Positions 26,764-32,000 of a stretch of DNA of 32,000 nucleotides are shown one piece after another; positions within the stretch are counted from its first letter, which is position 1; each line of letters opens with the position of its first letter. The notes below the pieces were generated by a model. That model ran no database searches, had not been told where the DNA came from, and was given only the letters and a program-made list of their open reading frames with translations. The translations under genes and the position numbers were made by a program. Source of the stretch: Cupriavidus necator (GTDB lineage: Bacteria > Pseudomonadota > Gammaproteobacteria > Burkholderiales > Burkholderiaceae); the NCBI RefSeq assembly GCF_016127575.1, contig NZ_CP066019.1:600001-632000 (forward strand). The letters run 5' to 3'.

Positions 26764-26804
26764 GGACTAAGAAGTCGCGGGACGCGGCGCGCATTTCCTA
26801 GTCC
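26764..26804. promoter_or_regulatory. Imperfect inverted repeat (10-bp arms, 21-bp spacer) in the cysD / DUF1214 divergent promoter region
   Basis: The arms are ggactaagaa (26764-26773) and ttcctagtcc (26795-26804), with 9 of 10 positions complementary. It is either a candidate operator or a 5'-UTR hairpin. Confidence 0.3.
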
Positions 26805-26874
26805 ACCCGGACGAGGCTGGGGCGGCCCCGCGCTCGGTATCGTTGCTTCGCCGACGAACCACGGGAGCAGGCAG

Positions 26875-27993
26875 ATGGCGAACTCCGCCGAAGAACAATT
26901 GCTGAGCGGCCAGACCTGGGCCGAGTTTTGCGAGGTGCTCAAGCGCAGCGGGCAGCAGATCCTGCGCCCGGAGGCCCCGTCGGACGCGCTCACGCGCGCC
27001 GAGGGCTTCCGCTACCTGAGCCGCCTGCTGCGCATTGCGCTGGAGATGCATGTGGAATTTGCCGATCCGGCGTTTCCCGGCTTCTTCTCGCCGTCGCACG
27101 AAACCGCCAAGATCGGCGCGGACAATCCGGACAACCTGTACCGATACGCACGCCTGGACGGCAGTGCCGAGTACCGCATCCGCGGCCGGCGCGGCACGGT
27201 GGCGTACCTGAGTTTCGGCACGCAGAAGGGCGGCTATGAAACCGACGGGCGCATGGTCCAGACCGGCTTTCTCGACAGCAACAAGCTGGCAGTGGCGGCC
27301 GATGGCAGTTTCGAGATCGCCCTCAGCGCGCGCCAGCACGAAGGCAACTGGGTGCGCATGGAGCCGGGCACCAACGCGCTGGTGGTGCGGCAGACCTTTA
27401 TGGACCGCAAGGCCGAGACCCCGGCCGAACTGCACATCGAGCGCCTCAATGGCAGCGACAAGCCGCCCGTGCTCGACGCTGAACGCCTGCATGGCGGCCT
27501 GCTGCGCGCCGCTGGCTTTGTCGAGGGGACCGCGCGCATCTTCGCCGACTGGGCCCAGGGCTATGGCGGCCATGTCAATGCGCTGCCGCCCGCCGACCAG
27601 GCCGTATGCCAGGCGGCCGGCGGCGATCCCAACATCTTCTACTACCACTCCTGCTGGGCGCTGGCGGACGACGAGGCGCTGGTGGTCGAGGTGGACCGGG
27701 TGCCGGCCTGCGATTTCTGGAATTTCCAGATCAACAACTACTGGATGGAGTCGCTCGACTACCGCTACCACGACATCTGCCTGAACAAGCACAGTGCCCG
27801 CCTGGATGCCAACGGCGGCGTCACCGTCGTCCTCAGCGCGCGCGATCCGGGCCTGCCCAACTGGCTGGAAGCCGCGGGCCACCGCAACGGCACCATGTGC
27901 TGGCGCTGGGTGGGGGCGGCGCAGCCGGTGCATCCGCGCACGCGCGTGGTCAAGCTTGAATCGCTCAGGAATGAATGCCGGGAGAACGCATGA
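26875..27993 (+). CDS. DUF1214-like protein of unknown function (372 aa)
   Basis: The ATG at 26875 has a gggag RBS. The protein has no signal peptide. The coding call is solid (high GC3 frame; the stop overlaps the next start as ATGA). The family assignment rests on recalled DUF1214-type motifs (EGFRYLSRLLR, GADNPDNLY) and is unverified. Confidence 0.8.
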   Translation: MANSAEEQLLSGQTWAEFCEVLKRSGQQILRPEAPSDALTRAEGFRYLSRLLRIALEMHVEFADPAFPGFFSPSHETAKIGADNPDNLYRYARLDGSAEYRIRGRRGTVAYLSFGTQKGGYETDGRMVQTGFLDSNKLAVAADGSFEIALSARQHEGNWVRMEPGTNALVVRQTFMDRKAETPAELHIERLNGSDKPPVLDAERLHGGLLRAAGFVEGTARIFADWAQGYGGHVNALPPADQAVCQAAGGDPNIFYYHSCWALADDEALVVEVDRVPACDFWNFQINNYWMESLDYRYHDICLNKHSARLDANGGVTVVLSARDPGLPNWLEAAGHRNGTMCWRWVGAAQPVHPRTRVVKLESLRNECRENA

Positions 27994-29183
27994 ACACCAT
28001 CGCATCCGACCACACCGCAGTGCTTGACGTGGAGCGACTGCTGGCACAGGCCAGCGCACAGTCCGGCGGACTGACTGACTTTGGCCCGGGCGATTACCGC
28101 GAGGCGCTGGCGGTGCTGTCCGACTCGCTTGCGCGCGAAGCCGGGCTGTCGCCGCAGGGCGCGCAGATGCTGCAAGGCAAGCTGCAGGCGCAACTGGTGA
28201 ACCGGCTGGTGATCCAGGACTACTGCCGGCGCTATCCCGAAATCCTGGAAGAGCGCGTCGACGATCCGCTGGTGATCGTCGGCCTGCCGCGCACCGGCAC
28301 CACGCTGCTGCAGCGCATGCTGGCCACGGACGCGCGCTTCCACTCGGCGGCGTGGTGGGAAACGCGCTACCCGGCGCCGCTGCCCGGCGAGGACGTGCGC
28401 GATGCCGGCCGGCGCATCGGGCTGGCGCGCGAGGAGGTGGCGCAGATGATCCGCTTTATCCCGGACATCCTCGCCATCCATCCGCTCGACGCGATGGCGG
28501 CCGACGAGGAATTCATGCTGATGGAGCATTCCTTCCTGTGCGCGATGGATTCCTACGCCAACGTGCCGTCCTATACCGACTGGCTGGCGCGCCAGGACCA
28601 CACCCAGGTCTATGCCTACCTGAAGACCATGCTGCAGTTCCTGCAGTGGCAGAAGCGGCAGCGCGGCGAGCCGCCGGCGCAGCGGTGGGTGCTGAAGACG
28701 CCGCAGCACCTGCATACGCTGGAAATCCTGTTCCGGGTCTTCCCCGGCGCGCAGGTCGTGCTGACCCATCGCGACCCCGCCCAGACCATTCCGTCGATGG
28801 CCAGCATGGCGCATACGCTGTGGAAGCTGTACGCCGACGCGCCCGATGCCGCCACGGTGGGGCGGCAGTGGAGCGGGCAGATGCAGCGCGCCACCGCCCA
28901 TGCCATGACGGTGCGCGACGGGCTGCCTGCCGATTGCTTCCTCGACGTGCGTTTCGAGGATACCGTGCGCGATCCCTTCGGCGTGGCGCAGGCGGTCTAC
29001 CGCTTTGCCGGCATGCCGCTGACCGAGTCCGCGCGCGCCGGCATGTGGGCATGGATGGAGGGCAACCCGCGCAACCAGCGCGCGGCGCACGCCTATACGC
29101 TGGAGCAGTTCGGACTGAGCCAGGAACAACTGGAACGCGATTTCGCCGGCTACCGCGCACGGCACATCCTGAAGCAAAACTAA
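27990..29183 (+). CDS. PAPS-dependent sulfotransferase family protein (Sulfotransfer_3-like)
   Basis: The 5'-PSB-like loop is VIVGLPRTGTTLLQRML and the 3'-PB-like segment is VLTHRDPAQTIPSMAS. There is a ggaga RBS. The ATG overlaps the upstream stop (ATGA). Confidence 0.85.
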   Translation: MNTIASDHTAVLDVERLLAQASAQSGGLTDFGPGDYREALAVLSDSLAREAGLSPQGAQMLQGKLQAQLVNRLVIQDYCRRYPEILEERVDDPLVIVGLPRTGTTLLQRMLATDARFHSAAWWETRYPAPLPGEDVRDAGRRIGLAREEVAQMIRFIPDILAIHPLDAMAADEEFMLMEHSFLCAMDSYANVPSYTDWLARQDHTQVYAYLKTMLQFLQWQKRQRGEPPAQRWVLKTPQHLHTLEILFRVFPGAQVVLTHRDPAQTIPSMASMAHTLWKLYADAPDAATVGRQWSGQMQRATAHAMTVRDGLPADCFLDVRFEDTVRDPFGVAQAVYRFAGMPLTESARAGMWAWMEGNPRNQRAAHAYTLEQFGLSQEQLERDFAGYRARHILKQN

Positions 29184-29216
29184 GACTGCGCACTGCGCAT
29201 CACAGGAGACAACACC

Positions 29217-30008
29217 ATGCTGTTGAAAGACAAGGTCGTCATCGTGTCGGGAATCGGTCCCGGGCTGGGCGTCAAGCTGGCCGTTGAGGCGGCGCGCGAA
29301 GGCGCCCGCGCCGTTGCCATCGCCGCGCGCACCGCGGCGAAGCTGGACGACGCCCAAGCCCGCATCGATGCACTAGGCGCCGACTGCGAAGTGCTCAAGG
29401 TGGTGACCGACATCACCGACCGGGCCCAGTCCCGGCACCTGGCCGGCGAGACCATGCGCCGCTTCGGCCGCATCGATGCGCTGGTCAACAGCGCCTTCCA
29501 GCATGGCAACTTCCCCGAGCCGGTGGAAGCGGCCGACCTGGATGTCTGGCGCCAGGTGTTCGACACTAACGTGTTCGGCACCATGACGCTGACGCAGGAA
29601 GTGGCGGCGCTGATGAAGCCGCAGGGCGGCGGCGCCATTGTCATGATCAACACCCAGGCCACGCGCAAGCCGATGCCCGGCGAATCCGGCTACGCGACGT
29701 CCAAGGGCGCGCTGGCGGTGGCGGTCAAGTACCTGGCGCGCGAACTGGGCCCGCATGGCATCCGCGCCAACAGCATCTTCATGGGCTGGATGTGGGGCGA
29801 GCCGGTGCAGGGCTATGTGCGCCACGCCGCGGCCGAGCAGGGCGTGAGCGAGGACACCGTGATCGCGCCGGTGACCGCGCAGATTGCGCTGGGCCGCATG
29901 CCGACCGACGACGACTGCGCGCGCGCTGCGCTGTTTCTCGTGTCAGACTACGCTAGGGCCATCACCGGCGCTTCGCTCGATGCCAACGGCGGCGATTTCA
30001 TGCCCTGA
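29217..30008 (+). CDS. SDR-family oxidoreductase
   Basis: It has the cofactor loop VVIVSGIGPGLG, then NSAF, and the catalytic YATSKGAL (YxxxK). An aggaga RBS lies upstream. It starts 33 nt after the sulfotransferase gene. Confidence 0.88.
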   Translation: MLLKDKVVIVSGIGPGLGVKLAVEAAREGARAVAIAARTAAKLDDAQARIDALGADCEVLKVVTDITDRAQSRHLAGETMRRFGRIDALVNSAFQHGNFPEPVEAADLDVWRQVFDTNVFGTMTLTQEVAALMKPQGGGAIVMINTQATRKPMPGESGYATSKGALAVAVKYLARELGPHGIRANSIFMGWMWGEPVQGYVRHAAAEQGVSEDTVIAPVTAQIALGRMPTDDDCARAALFLVSDYARAITGASLDANGGDFMP

Positions 30009-30023
30009 GTCCTGACCACACCA

Positions 30024-30989
30024 ATGACACGCTACTTTGCCTTCAACGGCGACGCCGACGGCCTGTGCGCCCTGCAGCAGCTGCGCCTGGCGCAGCCCGG
30101 CGACGCCACGCTGGTCACCGGCGTCAAGCGCGATATCCGGCTGCTCGAGCGCATCGACGCCGGGCCCGGCGATACCGTGACCGCGCTGGACATCTCGCTG
30201 GAGCAGAACCGCGATGGCCTGATGCGGCTGCTCGGCGCCGGTGCGCGGGTGGACTACTTCGACCACCACCATGCCGGCGAACTGCCCGGGCATGCCGGCC
30301 TGTGCGCGCATATCGACGAGGGGCCGGAGGTCTGCACCAGCCTCCTGGTCGACCGCCACCTGGACGGCTGCCACCGGCGCTGGGCGATCACCGCCGCGTT
30401 CGGCGACAACCTGGGCAGCGTGGCGCGCGCGCTGGCGGCGCAGGCCGGGCTGGGCGAGCGCGAAACCGCGGTGCTGGAACAGCTGGGCACGTGCCTGAAC
30501 TACAACGCCTATGGCGAGTGCGTGGCGGACCTGCATTTCGATCCCGCCGAGCTGGCGCGGCACATGCTGCCGTTTGCCGACCCGCTGGCGTTCGCCGCGC
30601 AATGCGGGGCCTATGCGGTGCTGTGCGACGGCTATGCGGACGACATGGCCCGCGCGCGCTGCCTGGCGCCCGCGCACGAAGTGCCCGGCGCCGCGCTGCT
30701 GGTGCTGCCTGACGCGCCGTGGGCCCGGCGCGCGATCGGCGTGCTGGCCAATGAACTGGTGCGCGGGCGGCCCGGCGACGCCATCGGCCTGCTCTCGCCG
30801 AAGTCCGGCGGCGGCTTTGCCGTCAGCGTGCGGGTGCCCGCCCACAGTCCCACCGGGGCGGCCGATTTCTGCCGCGGCTTCGAGACCGGCGGCGGCCGGC
30901 GCCTGGCAGGCGGCATCAACCACCTGCCGGACGCCGAAGTGGAGCGCTTCACGCGCTGCTTTGCAGATTGCTTCGGTCCCCGTTCCTGA
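30024..30989 (+). CDS. DHH-family phosphoesterase-like protein
   Basis: It has FNGDADGLCAL (DxDxDG-type motif I), ALDIS (motif II candidate), DYFDHHH (DHH motif III) and a C-terminal ETGGGRRLAGG (DHHA1 GGGH-like). It starts 15 nt after the SDR stop. Confidence 0.7.
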   Translation: MTRYFAFNGDADGLCALQQLRLAQPGDATLVTGVKRDIRLLERIDAGPGDTVTALDISLEQNRDGLMRLLGAGARVDYFDHHHAGELPGHAGLCAHIDEGPEVCTSLLVDRHLDGCHRRWAITAAFGDNLGSVARALAAQAGLGERETAVLEQLGTCLNYNAYGECVADLHFDPAELARHMLPFADPLAFAAQCGAYAVLCDGYADDMARARCLAPAHEVPGAALLVLPDAPWARRAIGVLANELVRGRPGDAIGLLSPKSGGGFAVSVRVPAHSPTGAADFCRGFETGGGRRLAGGINHLPDAEVERFTRCFADCFGPRS

Positions 30990-30993
30990 TAAT

Positions 30994-32000
30994 TCAGCAC
31001 GGCGGCACGAACTCGGTGACCTCCAGGTCGAAGCCGGTGACGGCGCGATACGGCACCGGGTGGCTGAGCAGGCGCAGCCTGTGCGCCCCCACATCGCGCA
31101 GGATCTGCGCCCCGACCCCCAGCGCGCGTTGCGCGAAGGCCGGCGCCGGCGTGGCGGCGGCCGGCGCTGCCAGCCGCTCCAGCCGCTGCTGCGGCGATTC
31201 GCGCTCATCCAGCAGCACCAGCACCCCACAACCTTCGGCGCCGATGCGGGCGAGCGAGCGCTCCAGGTTCCAGGCGGGCAGGGCCGGCGCGCCGAAGCCG
31301 AGCACGTCGCGCTGCATTTCCACTGCCTGCACGCGCGTCAGCACCGGGCGCTGCGGGTCGGGCTGACCCAGCACCAGCGCCAGATGGAGCGCATCGACCG
31401 GCGCGTCATGGTAGGCGTGCACGGTGAAGCATCCATAGGGCGTAGCCAGTTCCGTCGAATGCGTGCGGCACAGTGCGCTTTCGGTCAGCAGCCGGTGGTG
31501 GATCAGCCCGCTGATCGAAACCGCCGGCAGGCCGTGGTGCCGCGCGAAGGCCAGCAGGGCGGGGCCGCGCAGCAGGTCGCCGTCGTCATCGAGCAGCATC
31601 GCGTAGGCGCCGGCGGCCACGCGCCCGGCCAGCGCCGGCAGGTCGGAGCAGGCCTCGGCAAAGCCCGCGCGGCGCAGCACGCCGTCGGGCTGGGCCACCA
31701 CCGGGAAGATGTGGCCGGGCTGGACCAGGTCATGCGGCTGCGCGCGCGCTGCCGCCGCCACGCGCAGCGTGAGCGCGCGGTCGGCGGCGGAGATGCCGGT
31801 GCTGACGCCGCTGGCCGCTTCGATCGACACCGTGTAGCGCTCGCGCTGGCGGTGGTTCGCGGCCATCGGCGGCAGCTGCAGCAGCGCGCGGCGCGCCTCG
31901 GTGATTGCCATGCAGACCAGGCCGCGCGCCTCGGCGGCCATGAAGTTGACATCGGCCTCGCTGGCGCGCTCGGCGGCAACCAGGACGCAGCCGGTGGCCT
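30994..32000 (-). CDS. RibBA-like protein (DHBP-synthase-like plus GTP-cyclohydrolase-II-like domains, both apparently non-canonical); N-terminus is off-window
   Basis: By eye it is collinear with E. coli RibB (TVSIEAASGVSTGISAADR, QPGHIFPV) and RibA (LATPYGCF..., RPVLTRV...). The frame stays open upstream of Met 31941 to the window edge (ATGCVLVAAERASEADVNF). Confidence 0.8.
   Translation of the reverse strand, partial: ATGCVLVAAERASEADVNFMAAEARGLVCMAITEARRALLQLPPMAANHRQRERYTVSIEAASGVSTGISAADRALTLRVAAAARAQPHDLVQPGHIFPVVAQPDGVLRRAGFAEACSDLPALAGRVAAGAYAMLLDDDGDLLRGPALLAFARHHGLPAVSISGLIHHRLLTESALCRTHSTELATPYGCFTVHAYHDAPVDALHLALVLGQPDPQRPVLTRVQAVEMQRDVLGFGAPALPAWNLERSLARIGAEGCGVLVLLDERESPQQRLERLAAPAAATPAPAFAQRALGVGAQILRDVGAHRLRLLSHPVPYRAVTGFDLEVTEFVPPC

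Noticed and set aside
280-29183. A functional link between the ketosteroid isomerase module (2-1324) and the sulfotransferase cassette, which would imply steroid sulfation.
   Set aside because: The two loci are about 26 kb apart and separated by many unrelated operons and regulators. Nothing in the sequence connects them. It is mentioned only as a speculative acceptor class.
1-32000. CRISPR arrays, tRNA or rRNA genes, IS elements, transposases or integrases, prophage genes, toxin-antitoxin pairs and classical defence genes.
   Set aside because: None are present. There are no regularly spaced direct repeats. No ORF has DDE, tyrosine-recombinase or serine-recombinase motifs or a nuclease/ATPase defence signature. 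There are no cloverleaf-like conserved tRNA segments.

Overview
High-GC DNA (about 65-75% in 60-nt lines I counted by hand), with a lower-GC stretch (about 50-63%) at roughly 14.3-22.3 kb. It looks like an accessory or chromid-type region of a Cupriavidus/Ralstonia-like betaproteobacterium. That assignment is inferred from two orphan Bug/TctC binding proteins, four LysR regulators and GGGAGAGGG-type REP hairpins. I support about 33 CDS and found no rRNA, tRNA, CRISPR, IS element or integrase. Gene content in order: (1) SDR (partial), ketosteroid isomerase and TetR. (2) LysR divergent from a Bug and M20 amidohydrolase pair. (3) SRPBCC, VOC and DUF899 genes. (4) Glycerate dehydrogenase and glycerate kinase. 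(5) LysR divergent from a CaiB CoA-transferase, HMG-CoA-lyase-like, VOC and Bug operon. (6) The lower-GC block: a second type-I glutamine synthetase, an Excalibur protein, LysR with a Ser/Thr dehydratase, a NarL-type regulator with a 7TMR-DISM histidine kinase, a triad-less isochorismatase-like protein and a SnoaL-like protein. (7) A LuxR regulator and an inverted REP pair. (8) cysD and a fused cysN-cysC, divergent from a tightly packed DUF1214-like, sulfotransferase, SDR and DHH-phosphoesterase operon. (9) A convergent RibBA-like gene in which both domains appear to have lost their catalytic residues. The best candidate for an undescribed system is item 8. It would make PAPS, transfer sulfate to an unknown acceptor, and possibly remove the PAP by-product. 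Other leads are the doubly degenerate RibBA paralog, an orphan intrinsic terminator or leader upstream of a VOC gene, and the catalytically stripped isochorismatase-like protein. All family calls come from by-eye motif recognition, with no database search run.
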